Positions 1 through 15,139 of a DNA stretch of 64,000 nt are shown here, in pieces (position 1 is the stretch's first letter; every line of letters starts with the position of its first letter). This stretch comes from Octopus vulgaris. Taxonomy: Eukaryota. The notes beneath the pieces were generated by a model that was not told the DNA's origin, ran no database searches, and worked only from the letters and a program-made list of their open reading frames with translations. The stretch spans positions 139,934,001-139,998,000 of the forward strand of contig OX597815.1 of the NCBI GenBank assembly GCA_951406725.2, in the 5' to 3' direction. The translations under genes and the position numbers were made by a program.

Positions 1-690
1 TACCGCACCTGTTAAATAGAACTTATCAAGGTCTTGTCTTCTAAAGTATATGGTCTGTGAAGTACATTTTTCTCTTCCTAATAGTGTTTAACAGCCCTTT
101 CCTGGCACTTTATCTTGCTAAGGACCTATTCAGTAATTCTTTTATTTGCCCATCTTTTTCTGAGAATGCGTTTGAAATACCGTTGTTCTAATATTTCAAT
201 TCTCTTTTTATCAATTTTCTTTATAATCCAGCGCGCGCGCGCGCACACACCCGTATCTGTGTGCATGTATGTATATTATACGGATAGTGCATGTAAATAT
301 TGTGTGCATTGTTCCTGTAAATTACATATGTGTATAAATATTCACACCTACACATACATGCACACATTACATTGTCCGTATACTATGTGCTACAGTGTAT
401 GTGAATATTGTGCTTATCGTGTCTATGCATATATGTGTATAGTCGCACAGGTATTGTGTGCTATGCAACAACACACAATGTGGGAGGTGACTCATTTTTA
501 GGATCAAATTCCATGACTCAGTTTAAGAAATTCAATTGATGTATAGGTCAGGAAAATGTCTTGACCTTCTCAAATGTTTCTTTGATTTTGGCAAAAGAAG
601 AAAACCCCCCAAAACTTACTACTAAGGTGTACTGCTAAAAGTGATTTGTTTCTTTAATTACACTAACCTTTATCTTTTTACCTGAACAGA

Positions 691-2327
<1,637 letters not shown>

Positions 2328-2330
<3 letters not shown>

Positions 2331-3151
2331 TAGTTTTATTTTCATAGCGTGCTTTCACTTCACTACCGAGCGCAGCTCTGTGTGCCTTGGGTATGTGCTG
2401 TGATTTGTTGTGATGCTCTGATGGTTATTGTATGGAAAGTGCTCTGCGTAGGATGTGTGCAGTGCCTAGTAGTGCAATTTTCTGTATGATATATGTGTTT
2501 GTAAGTCCTGGTGTTTTTGTTATGTATTTGTCTGAATATTTTTTTATCATGCCTAATGCACCTACTATGATAGGAATTGTTTCTGTTTTCAGATTCCACA
2601 TTCTAGTTACCTCTATTTCCAGGTCTTTGTATTTTGAGAGTTTCTCCATTTCTTTTAGAGACACGTTGTCATCTGCCGGTATTGATACATCAATTAGAAA
2701 GCATTTTTTTTCTTCATGATCTCTGACAACTATATCTGGTCTGTTGGCCTTAATTTCTCTATCTGTGTGTATCGGCATATCCCAGAGTATTGTTGCTTTC
2801 TCGTTTTCTGTAACCTTTTCTGGTGTGTGCCTATACCATCTTTTTTCTGTTGTTATTCCATAATGTTGGCATAGCTTCCAGTGTATGTAGGTTCCAACTC
2901 TGTCATGTCTGTGAATATATTCCTTCTTAGCCAGGACTGGGCAGCTAGAGATAATAATATGATTTATTGTTTCTTGTCCATCTCCACATATTCTGCAGTT
3001 ACTTGTAATATTTCTTTTCATTACATGTTTTTGGTAATTTCTGGTGGGGAGGCTTTGGTCTTGTGCTGCAATTAAAAATCCCTCTGTTTCTGCTTTGAGT
3101 CCTGAGCTTCTCAACCATTGCTGGGATCTTTCTTTGTGTATTTCTTTTGCG

Positions 3152-3152
<1 letters not shown>
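2328..3152 (-). mobile_element. 5'-truncated Dong/R4-like subfamily B
   Basis: CRICGDGQETINHIIISSC, RHDRV, RPDIVVRD, IDVSIP, KYKDL; near-identical to 27070-27878. Confidence 0.9.
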
Positions 3153-3382
<230 letters not shown>

Positions 3383-3383
<1 letters not shown>

Positions 3384-4447
3384 TATGTTTGACTTTTGCT
3401 TTATATTTGTACAAGTTGGCTCCAAGTCTCACCCAGAGACCTCAAGAGACAACAGGGTTGGAAGTTCATGTTGTTGTTATGCCTAGTGTGCCATATATTT
3501 GGGGGGTGGGGATGTTGTACTAATGAATGTCTAAAAAGAAAAAAAAGTTTTTTTTTTTTTTTTTTTTTTTAAACCGAAAACTATGTTTGTTTTAAACCTT
3601 GAGATTACATAGAGAGTATTTTGCGTAGGATATGAGCAGTTCCCATGAGCACTATCTTTTGAACTTCTGCCATTTTGGGGTTTCCTGGTATCTGAGTTAG
3701 GTAGCTATCAGCCCCTTTTGCTATCATTCCCAGGGCACCTATGACAACAGGTATTGTTTTAGTCTTCAGCTTCCACATTTTGCTGATTTCTATTTCAAGA
3801 TCTTTATATTTGCTCAGTTTTTGGTAGGTCTTGACAGATACGTTTATATCGATTGGGACAGTCATATCAATGAGGAGGCATGTTCTTTGTTTGAAGTTTT
3901 TCAATATGATGTCTGGCCTATTTGCATCTATCTTCCTGTCAGTTTGAATGGTGAAGTTCCAGAGGAGTGAGATGTGGTCATTTTCAAGCACTGGGGGTGG
4001 TTTGTGTTCCCACCAGTTTTTTTCATGGGGCAAATCCAGGTTTTTACAGATTACCCAGTGAATATATTGTGCAGCTCTATCGTGCCTGTTGAGATACTCT
4101 GTAGGCGCTAGAAGACTGCACTTGGAGACCACATGGTCAATGGTTTCATTTTGTTGCTTGCATACACGACACGTTGGACTGCTTCTGATCTTTAATATGT
4201 TGGCCTGGTAGTTTCTTGTTGGTAGGCATTGATCTTGAGCTGCTATGATAAACCCCTCTGTTTCAGATTTTAAGCCAGAGGCCATTAGCCATTGATGGGT
4301 CAGGGCTTTGTCGATATCTGCATTATTCGCTCTCTTTGGGTATTTGCCATAGAGAGGTTTTTCTTGCCATTTATTATTCAGAATATCTAAGGCCGCAGTT
4401 TTGGCACGGGTTTTCATGCGCCTAGCTTTTTCTGTGCTTGTTTCTTG

Positions 4448-4450
<3 letters not shown>
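3383..4450 (-). mobile_element. 5'-truncated Dong/R4-like subfamily C
   Basis: ORF 3605-4417: CRVC..ETIDHVVSKC, RHDRA, RPDIILK, IDMTVP; distinct 3'UTR; (ATT)n at 4451-4508. Confidence 0.9.
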
Positions 4451-4508
<58 letters not shown>

Positions 4509-4527
4509 GATTTTAGAAAGTATGGAA

Positions 4528-4642
4528 AGGGGTAAGTTGGCAGAAGTATTAGCACACTGGGCAAAATACTTGGTGGCGTTTCGACCTCCTTTATGTCTTG
4601 ATTTCAAATACCACTGTGGTCGGCTTTGCTTTTCATCCATTC
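4528..4642 (+). mobile_element. Degenerate SINE family 2 (5' part)
   Basis: ttggcagaagtattagcac...ttcaaatacc...ttttcatcc matches intact copies. Confidence 0.6.
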
Positions 4643-4691
4643 GGATCTCTCTCTCTCTCTCACTCACTCTCTTTCTCTCTCAGTATGTATG

Positions 4692-4725
<34 letters not shown>

Positions 4726-4800
4726 TACACATTGAATATGTGGATATGTATATATGTATATGCACACACACGCATATATATAAAAATATATATTCCTATG

Positions 4801-4959
4801 TAGGAGTGGCTGTGTGGTAAGTAGTTTGCTCACCAACCACATGGTTCCGGGTTCAGTTCCACTGCGTAGCATCTTGGGCAAGTGTCTTCTACTGTAGCCT
4901 CGGGCTGACCAAAGCCTTGTGAGTGGATTTGGTAGACGAAAACTGAAACAAGCCCGTCG

Positions 4960-5026
<67 letters not shown>

Positions 5027-5237
5027 ATATGTGTGTGTGTGTGTGTGCGTGTGTGTATTTGTCCTTCCAACATCACTTGACAACCTATGCTGGTGTGTAG
5101 ACGTCCCCGTAACTTAGCGGTTCGGCAAAAGAGACATAAGTACTAGGCTTACAAAGAATACGTCCTGGGTCATTTGTTCGACTATAGGCGGTGCTCCAGC
5201 ATGGCCGCAGTCAAATGTCTGAAACAAATAAAAGAAC
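4801..5237 (+). mobile_element. tRNA-derived SINE family 1, full length, internal (ATCT)n(GT)n
   Basis: A-box tggctgtgtgg, B-box ggttcagttcc, tail ggtgctccagcatggccgcag..tgaaaca; >10 copies in the window. Confidence 0.88.
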
Positions 5238-6358
5238 GAAAGCATACGTATAGGTGTGAGTATGTGCGCATATATACACGCTCGTGTGCATATATAAAAA
5301 AAACATTTTAAGATCTACAAAGATCAGAAATTAACTGCAGCTCTTTGGGGTCCAAATCAGATATGTAATCTATGTGAGTCTCTTTTCAATACAATGTCTG
5401 GGTTAAAAAGCCACATCAGACGCCATGAGGGATCTAATGTGTAAGTACAAGAGGAAGTCTGCATGTGGAGTAGACAACCACCATATATGTATATATATTT
5501 TCACACACACACATACATACATATACATATTTATATTTGTGGGTGCGTGTTTTGTCTGTTGTTTTCAGATTGGTGAACAACAATGTTCCAATTGCCGGTC
5601 AACAAAATTGTATACAGATAAACAACATTTGTCTTTTATTTTTTGTATTTCATATCTTCAGAGTAGGTGGTTGGAATAACAGGCTAATAAGTTCAGTTGT
5701 ATAGTGGTTACCATTTGAGGCGGTGTGTGTCGCATTTTAAATGGGTAATTGATTTTCTTTTATTCTCGAATATAATGTCAATTGTTACCTTTTCATTTCT
5801 TTTAAATTACATAGCTCTTCCCCATAAACTATTTGCTTGCTAATTGTCATATTGTGTGCCCTTAGCAAACTGAGTCGTTGTACATGTTTACAAAACGTTG
5901 ACATGTCTGATCGTAAAAGTGTTTGGTGTAAAGAAATTTGTTTGCTATAGTTGCATTACGTTTGTTCTATCATTTATGCAAATATATACATTTCAGACAA
6001 CTCTAAAACATATAAATGAAAGTTGTAAAATTGTATAAAAACAAAAGAAGACTATTTTGCTTTCAACTATTTTATAACTTGAAATGAGTTTATCTCTGCC
6101 TATTATTTATTATATTACGTCTGGTGTATTTAGCAAATTATTTCTATTATATGACAGCAAATATATTTCTATAAATTATTATGCTACCCGCAGAGAGTAG
6201 AAGTGTCTCAATTGAGAAAGCATTGAACTAAAGATCTCAATTTCAATCTTTGGTTTCGGTATGTTCAATTAGTTCAGTTTTGATCATGAAATTAATACTG
6301 ATCGCAAAATCTACAGTTTGACTTAATTAGGTAAGGTGTTGGAAGGAGAGTTTTTCAT

Positions 6359-6399
<41 letters not shown>

Positions 6400-6924
6400 C
6401 GTATAATCATCATTATAAATACATGCAGGTATTCAGACACACGCACACACAAACACACACACATATTTATGAATAATTATGTTTGTGGGTATGAGTCTTT
6501 ACAGATACATAGATACATGATGCATACTTACATACACACGCACATAGTAACCACGTGCATAAAATAGATAAAACTTCAACGACATTTCTTTGACATCAAT
6601 CGAACCTCCCATCTTGTGATGACAGCCAACTCATAAACACAACAAGGGCCGTGACATTTCCTCAATCAAATGAAAAGTATATTTGTTTTCCGGTTTTCCA
6701 ATAGACTAACCTTAATGCAGACAGATGCTAAATCCATAAAACTGCTAATATGTGAACAGTTGAATAACAGAGGAAGTTCCAAGCCATTGATGGACAGGTT
6801 CACACACAGTAATAACAACAACAACAACAACAACAACCACAAAAACAAAGACAACAACACACATACGTCTCTATGTGAGCGTGTGTGTACAGCTATCTAT
6901 GTATACGTATATATATATGTATGT

Positions 6925-6992
<68 letters not shown>

Positions 6993-7272
6993 CTATGTGT
7001 GTAATCGAAGTTTGAAATAGTAATATCCATTTTATGTAATGGTCATTTGAGTTTGTCAGCAGGAAATGTGTTTTAAGTCTCGTCAAGGAAGTGGTGCTTG
7101 TTTATATTACTATAAATATTGATCTTGCTTATTGGCATGAATATATCACCCTCTGTTTTATATATACATCATTTTACCTGTATGTGTTTGGGTGCGTGGG
7201 TGTACGGTTGATGTTGATACAAATGTGTGCACTCACACATATACGTACAAATGTATATATACACACATATAT

Positions 7273-7481
7273 ATACTCAGAAATCTGGATGGTTTTATAT
7301 TTACAAATATTTATGTCTCATGTTTTTATAAATTATATATTAGCGCTTGCGTCCACTCTAGTGGAGTCTTCAGATTGACTGAAGACTCCAGTGGACGCAA
7401 GCGCTAATATATGATTTATAAAAACATGTGACATATTAATAAATATCTATAAATATAAAAACCATCCAGATTTCTGAGTAT
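7273..7481. repeat. ~100-bp-arm fold-back with hammerhead-like cores at its centre
   Basis: tactcagaaatctggatgg...cag-attga-ctg...ccatccagatttctgagta. Confidence 0.9.
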
Positions 7482-7538
7482 CTTATTTCCTCTAATATAT
7501 AATACCTGTACATCACCTCCAAACCTTCTAATACATAC

Positions 7539-7591
<53 letters not shown>

Positions 7592-7613
7592 TATATACAT
7601 ATATATATACATA

Positions 7614-7663
<50 letters not shown>

Positions 7664-7696
7664 TATATACATACATATATATATATATATACATAC

Positions 7697-7753
<57 letters not shown>

Positions 7754-7940
7754 CATACATACATATATATACATACACATATACATACATACATATATAT
7801 ATATACACATACATACATACATACATACATACATACATACATACATACACACGCATATATATATATACACATACATACATACATACATACATACATACAT
7901 ACATACATACATACATACACACGCATATATATATATATAT

Positions 7941-8172
7941 CATCATCATCATCATCATCATTTAGCGTCCGCTTTCCACGCTAGCATGGGTTGGACGGTT
8001 CAACTGGGGTCTGTGAAGCCAGAAGGCTGCATCAGGCCCAGTCTGATCTGGCAGTGTTTCTACGGCTGGATGCCCTTCCTAACGCCAACCACTCCGTGAG
8101 TGTAGCGGGTGCTTTTTACGTACCACCCGCACAAGTGCCAGACGGAGCTGGCAAACGGCCACGGACGGATGG
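7941..8172 (-). mobile_element. 3' part of a SINE/RTE-related repeat ending in (TGA)n
   Basis: Minus strand ggttggcgttaggaagggcatccagccgtag...cggacgctaaatgatgatg. Confidence 0.6.
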
Positions 8173-8996
8173 TATATATATATATATATGTATGTAGTTA
8201 AGGTGCGTGGCTCCGAACCATATCGAGATGGCTCTGTCTTGACGTTAAAAAGTGGTAGGTAAGCGGTATGCTGTTCGCAGGATATGGGGCGATACGTCTG
8301 TCATATCCTCATCTGGCGTAAAATGTGCGAAACTGAGCAATAACTCACTGTTGAATTTTACATGTTGCGGTGGCTGATCGTTGGTCGTCGAGCTTCCGAA
8401 ACTTATCTTGGTTGCTATTTCACTGTTGTTTCATAGACGTTGTCTTGAGATGATCTCGTTGACGAAAAAAACCCCGACAATCTTGTCAGAGATTTAACCG
8501 ATTCTAGTCTCTGGCAAAGGAGTTTTCCAGGGTGCTAATAAAATGACTGAAAAATGTAAGATAAAGAATTGTTGTGCAGTTGATAAAATCGATATCCTCA
8601 AAAAAGCCGGCCATAGAAACTCCGGAAATCGACCTTGTTCGCAGGGGCTTTCATGTTCACAATTGTTAATTTACGTAGGATGACGAAGGATGACGAAGGA
8701 ATAAAATAGGCAGAGGAAAAACGCCGCAATGAAAAATGTGAACGGATACTGGATGCTATGTTGTCGATGATAAGGCTAAAGAGGAAAACAAAAACTGGTA
8801 ATTACTGAACTTGAAATTTCCTGCTGGCAGATTTAATTGCTATTTCAAGCCAAGCGAAAGGGATACCCCGAAGTCCACAAGAATAGCGTGAAGAGGTAAT
8901 ATTTGAACGTTGGAAATTCTCGCACTCCAAATAATTGAAAGTATAAAATCTACTATAAAAGTTTTGCATTTGACTTTCACAAGTAGGCGTAGACGT

Positions 8997-9157
8997 AGGA
9001 GTGTTTGTGTGGTAAATAGCTTGCTTACAGACCACATGATTCCAGGTTCAGTTTCACTGCGTGGCACCTTGGGCAAGTGTCTTCTACTATAGCCTCGGGC
9101 CGACCAAAGCCTTGTGAGTGGATTTGGTAGGCGGGAACTAAAAGAAACCCGTCGCAT
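8997..9157 (+). mobile_element. SINE family 1, 5' half
   Basis: Matches 4801-4960. Confidence 0.82.
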
Positions 9158-9375
9158 ACACACACACACACATACACACACGCACACACATATATGTATA
9201 TATATTTTCAGCCTCATTTTCGCATTCTCAGCCAATTTCCACAGACTGTAAGGGCAGGCGCCAGTGGTAGTTAAGCACCCTTCCTATACCAAAGTGAGAG
9301 ACTGTGATTCCACAGCAGTACCGATACGCGGCCCACCTATAAATTTATGTCTTATTACACTTTTTACACAAATCC

Positions 9376-9726
9376 ACGAGCAGGTGCTGAAAAATTCCTG
9401 GTTTTGGGTAAGGAGGATCAACTAATTATGAGTTTACCCAACATATTCCCCTCTCAGATTCACACACTAATTGCAGCAGTCCTTCAGTTTTTCTAAGCTC
9501 TGTAAAAGAACACGGAAGATTGGACCTCAAAACAGGCCTTTTGCGATCCTCTTTAAATGAGGAACATTTTAGCACTCATTTAACATATTCCCCTCTCAGA
9601 TTCACACACTAATTGCAGCAGTCCTTCAGTTTTTCTAAGCTCTGTAAAAGAACACGGAAGATTGGACCTCAAAACAGGCCTTTGGCGATCCTCTTTAAAT
9701 GAGGAACATTTTAGCACTCATGTGTA
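9376..9726. mobile_element. mariner-like MITE with internal ~141-bp tandem duplication
   Basis: Imperfect TIRs gtgctgaaaaattcct / aggaacattttagcac; 9440-9580 repeated at 9582-9720. Confidence 0.6.
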
Positions 9727-10833
9727 CAAATTTAAGTCAGCCGCAACCTGTTTATTTAATGTAGAAGCTCTTTTATCTTCGCAACATGAACACCTCTCCA
9801 TAATGCTGTGAACGGCTGCATACAGGCTTGTATTTACATACTTCCTGCTAGTCAGGCTTGTATGTTCCACTGCATTCCATAACTGTGAGACATTGTCTAC
9901 TTGTCTTGTGCTTTCTCAAAAGTTTCCGTTTATGAAATTGATTATAGTGAATGAAACCGATACAGAATTATTCTCACATTTCCGACAGAACAAATTTCCT
10001 CCTGGTAGCTCAGCATTGGTTTGGTCGATCAGAAGCTGAACATTTCTCAGGCTTGGTTCTCTGAGACAGGGTCCATCACTCGCAGCAGGCCTTGCAGCGA
10101 ACTCGTTCACCATTACGATTACTCACTCAAATGCCTTACGATGGTTTCATCCATCCTTTTGACAGGTATTGTTTCCTGTCCTATTGATGTTTTAGTAACC
10201 TTCCATATCAGACAGATATGGTGGGGAAAACAGTTTAATCGCCTACGACCCAATTATGCATTAGGTTGTATTAACTACATGCTACCAGTAGCACCAATGA
10301 AAAAAAAACTGACGTACACGTTTACATACAGACTCACAACATGCAGATACTTATATATATCTGGGAAGGTTTCATTAAAAACAAGCCATTATCTACAAAA
10401 TAAAAGACGAAGGGCAATAAAGACAATATTGTGTAAAAGATAAATCGTTATTTCCTATTCTAAATAGTTTCGTGCTGAGATGTTAGACGATACTCAGCAT
10501 GGAATTTCTATTATGATGAGATTACAGTTCCTTTTCAAAGAAGTCAAAAAATTAATAAAAAGCAGTAAGTAATTCATTGTATTTTTCTGTTACACTTACA
10601 CATTCATATACACACATATGTAGTTGCATAGACACATAATACAAATTACATACATATAAATATATACTCGTGTATGTATGTATGTATGTATGTATGTATG
10701 TATGTATGTATGTATGTATGTATGTATGTATGTATGTATGTATGTATGTATGTATGTATGTATGTGTGTATGTATGTATGTATATATATATATACAGGAA
10801 TATACACGCACAAATACAAATTAAACGCATATA

Positions 10834-10878
<45 letters not shown>

Positions 10879-10984
10879 AATACGAGAAGGCGCGCATTAC
10901 GATTACCCAGAAGGCGCGCATGGCAGAATTTTATTTACCATTTTTATTGTATATATATATATATTATATTCATACACATACATA

Positions 10985-11200
10985 CATTCTTTTATTCTTT
11001 TATTTTGTTTCAGTCCTTTGACTGCGGTCGTGATGGAGCACCGCTTTGAAGGGTTTTAGTCAAATAAATCAACTCCAGCACTTATTTTTTAATGCTAGTA
11101 CTTATTCTATCAGTCTTTATTGCCGAATCGTTAAGTTACGATGACGCAAACAAACTAACACCGTTAGTCAAGTGGTGACGAATAAGACATCAACACAAAG
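10985..11200 (-). mobile_element. SINE family 1, degenerate 3' half
   Basis: tgtttcagtcctttgactgcgg..gagcaccgc. Confidence 0.75.
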
Positions 11201-12016
11201 ACACACACCGATAGATATATACATATACATGCATACATACATACACACATACATACATACATACATACATACATACATACATACATACATACATACATAC
11301 GTACATGCATACATACATACATACATACATATATATATATATGTATGTATGTATGTATATAATATATATATAAATATATATTATTTATATTATTATTTCC
11401 TTGAACGCCACGCATCCATTTCCAAGTATGTTGATCTTAACCTTTTTGATGCCACTCTGTACTGTTTTCTTCCCCATCTTTCTCTAATTCCCTTTTTCTC
11501 CCTTTCACTGCTTTCTATCTGTATCTCTCCCCCTTTTCTCTTTTCTCTCTCTCTCTCGTTGCTCACACGTGACCATTATCCATCTTTCTTTTCCTCAGGT
11601 GACCATCTTTCTTTTCCTGCAAGGACGTTCTAAGGCCTGAAGTCTCCTATCACACTCTTCCGTCTTTTCTTTTTTCAAAGAATATATTTTTCTCAGCGTT
11701 CACTATTTCCCACTCGTTCTGGTCTAACGACCCTCCATGTTTGTTTTCGTTCGGTTTCCTTGTATGTCGCCACTGTCCTGTTTTTGTTCCCATCTTTGAC
11801 CCTCCATAAATCCAAAATTTTATTTTGGTTTTTCGAAGACTCATATTGTCGTTAATTGCCCGAAATGGGAAGTAGATAGGCAGCCGGCAACTGATGAAGG
11901 GTCGTTCTTTGTATAACTTGTCCTATTTTCCTTTCTCTCTCGTTGTTTGCATATTTAACACATTTGTTTTCGCATTTCATGATTTCATGTTGATTAGTGT
12001 TAGTGAAGTCTTCAAC

Positions 12017-12138
<122 letters not shown>

Positions 12139-12993
12139 AAAATACAAAATGGGACTAGGTGATACAAAAAGGGACAACAAAACATCCAGATAGATAATTC
12201 AAAGAAAACAAGGACAGGTCTTTCGAAGTTTTCCATCCTCAGTCAAGCACCAGATTATCCTCGCAATTTCGGCTGATTATTCTTGAGATTGCTCCAATCT
12301 TGCCAGCCCCAAGGAAAACTAAGCTAAAAGCATTAGATTCATTGGAAGAAAGCAGCGAATGTATACAAAAACAAGGACGGAAAAAACGGACAACGTTACA
12401 CAAATATAAATACAATAATAAATACAATAAAAATAATAACAGGACATAACAACATAACAACAGGTGTCTTTCGACTAAGAACGAATTGAATTAAGCTGGC
12501 GCGTATGGAAATGAAGCCTTACGGCAGAGATACAAACATTTCGCAAACACAGGGAAGAATATCGATGTTGCACGGACGGCGGTCAAACCAAGAAAGACAG
12601 AACAGGCTAGGCTGACCGGCGGTTACGTGGGAAGAGAAGAGAGAGAAGTAGAAGCAGAAGGGACAGAAGAATTAAGGAGGGGCGAGAAAAAAGGACAGGG
12701 AAACAGTGAAGTGAAAAGTGTAGGGAAAGTGAGTAAGAAGAGAAGGCAAAGAGATGTGAGAGAGGGGGAACGAAAGAACGAAGAGTGGAAGGAACAAATA
12801 AGCGTGAAAGGGCTGATAGACAGACACAAATAGAGTCGTACAAGATTTAGAAAAATGTGTACTTACATATAAGAGAGCAAAGTGTACGTACGTTTTATAT
12901 ATATATACGCCATGATAGATCGCCATGATAGATCGTTAGTCACTACACACATTTTTTCTCTCCTTGTTTCTCTCCTTGTTTTTTCTGTGTACC

Positions 12994-13027
12994 TTTCTGT
13001 AGAAGAGCGTAGGCTCGAAACGTAAAA
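12994..13027 (+). ncRNA. Minimal type-I hammerhead-like motif (variant core CUGUAGA)
   Basis: ttt CTGTAGA a gagc-gtag-gctc GAAA cg TA aaa. Confidence 0.5.
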
Positions 13028-13351
13028 TACTTTTTCTATTCCTGAGCGCTATACTAATACATCTGTTTATTTTGTACACCACCTGTCTTCGTCTTTTGTT
13101 TTTTTCGTAAACTTTCCCTATATATATATATATATATATATATTATCAATAATAAACAAAGGGTAAAATTAATTAATTAACTAGTAATCAATAATTTCAC
13201 CAAGTAGAATTCGGCATGAAAAAGGACCATTTCTCGGCAAACTTAAGTAATATTTTATAATTAGGGTTCAGCAAAGATTTGCTTTACCACATACCGAAGT
13301 TTAGAAATAGCAGCCAAAGAACCTTAGCTATTTCCTTAGCTATATATATAT

Positions 13352-13392
<41 letters not shown>

Positions 13393-13434
13393 TCTGTGTA
13401 TGTGTGTGTATGTCCTTGAATTTCTTCCGACTGA

Positions 13435-15120
13435 AGGTTTTCAAATTTTACACACTTATGTAGTTTTGCAAATTGATGAAAATCACTTTCATTTCTCAAA
13501 ACGAAAAAACGAAAAAAAAAAAAAAAATTAATAATAACGGTTTTCAAACCTTAAGAGTTACATAATTTTAGCAAAACGGAAATTTCTATTGCCCACGTAA
13601 CGGCAATCACAATTATCTCTTTCCCATGGAAAGAGATAATTGTGACTGCTGGGAACCAATATTATCATTGGTAATTGTTCTAGTGATGGTAATTGGAACG
13701 GCATGGGAACAGCATTACCATTATTACTCCTCCTCTGAGGACTGTAATTCTGTTTCTGTATTCTTCAATGAAGGATCTGACCACAGTTCTTTTTTGAGTG
13801 TAGGAGTTAAGAATCAACAGCACTACAGCTGTTGGTTTCAACGATTATTAACTCGAGGAGTGTGCGGCGGATTTACTCCGCAACCCATTAAAGATTGGTG
13901 GTTCTAGCAGAATTATCGAAATTGATAAAAAAGTGTTTTCTAATGCGGGAATATCAAAAAAGTTGAATGTTTCCTGAACAGTGGGTTTTACGCGGTGTGT
14001 ATCACGTATATGAGAGGTATTTTTTTTTTTACGCTGTGCCTTTTCGGGATTGGAACACAATAGGAGAGTGCATTAAGTAAACGATTCTACTGAACCACAG
14101 CGTTGAGTTTGTTGACTCGCAAGACGGTACCTACGCTCAATTTGCCTCAAGTGAGGAAACAAACGGCGCTGAGGCACTCATCATAGACTTGTACCTCTGC
14201 GAATTCATATGGCACCACAGGTACAAAAAAATGTGACCTGTTCGAAAAACTGCTTGAGCATAGTACAAGTTCATTGCTGTTGACTACTTTTTTTCCTATT
14301 AAACCCAAAAACTGTTTGAGTTAGAATAACAATTTAATTGTATTTGGCTAGTGAGACCCATATTGGAGTACGGGATTCAAGCCTCTTCTCCTTATCTCCT
14401 CAAAGACATACATCATCTCAAAAGAGTCCAGAAGCTGGCTACCCACATGTTTCTTGGTCTCAAGCATTTGTCTTATGAAGAAAGGTTGAAGACGCTCGAC
14501 CTTAATTCTCTCGAAAAACGACGACGCCGTGGTGATCTCATTCTCGCTCACAACATCATAAGCGGAAAGTGTAACCTCTCGAAAGAGCTGTTCTTCACTC
14601 CTGCTCCAGAGCGTGGGCTGCGGGGTCACTCCGACGATTTCATCTCAATCGAAGGAGAGGGACTTTCTCCGTCCGGGTTGCGGATCCGTGGAATAAGCTG
14701 CCGAAGGAGATAGCGAAGATGCCGACGACCGCTCGGTTCAAAGTCTCTCTTGACCAGAAATGGCCTGAACTCTTTGTATGACCACCCTCCCTGTACATAA
14801 CCCTCTGTACCCCTACATGGCCTTGTTTTTGCTTTTTGAGCCAATAAAAATTGAATTGAAATTGAATTGAATTGTATTTCATTAAATAAATTTCATTTAA
14901 TAACAGCAATAATTGTTTAAGCTGTTCTTGCGGATACAGGCAAATGCAACTTCCGGTGTGTCCACAATAGAAGTTTCCGATTAACGAAAGTTGCATAATT
15001 TAAAAATCTTGTAACTTTTTTAAATATTAAATTCTAGAGAAAATGAATGCGATTTTCGACATCAGCATGCAAAACTGCATTAACAGTAGCAATAACCAAA
15101 AATTTTCAACAACTGCATGC
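13435..15120 (+). mobile_element. Degenerate Merlin/IS1595-like DNA transposon, interrupted by a CR1-like LINE
   Basis: ~14085-14260 NHSVEFVD..NKRR*GT..DLYLCEFIW; long imperfect inverted ends (ggaaatttctattg / caatagaagtttcc). Confidence 0.6.
14348..14875 (+). mobile_element. CR1-type LINE 3' end
   Basis: VRPILEYG..RVQKLAT..LSYEERLK.LDLNSLEKRRRRGDLI..LRGH; (AATTG)n tail. Confidence 0.88.
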
Positions 15121-15139
15121 CAGAAAAAATGCTAAAACG

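Noticed and set aside
6700-6810. Possible minus-strand exon MDLASVCIK with an AG|GTTAGT donor
   Set aside because: No recognisable homology, acceptor or partner exon
9740-10200. Possible zinc-finger/hAT N-terminal remnant on the minus strand (RCKAC, FCRKC)
   Set aside because: Too degenerate to assign without a search
11855-11905. GAAA...CTGATGA hammerhead candidate
   Set aside because: Could not find consistent stems I-III
12205-12250. Minus-strand CTGAGGA..GAAA candidate
   Set aside because: Stems I and III do not pair
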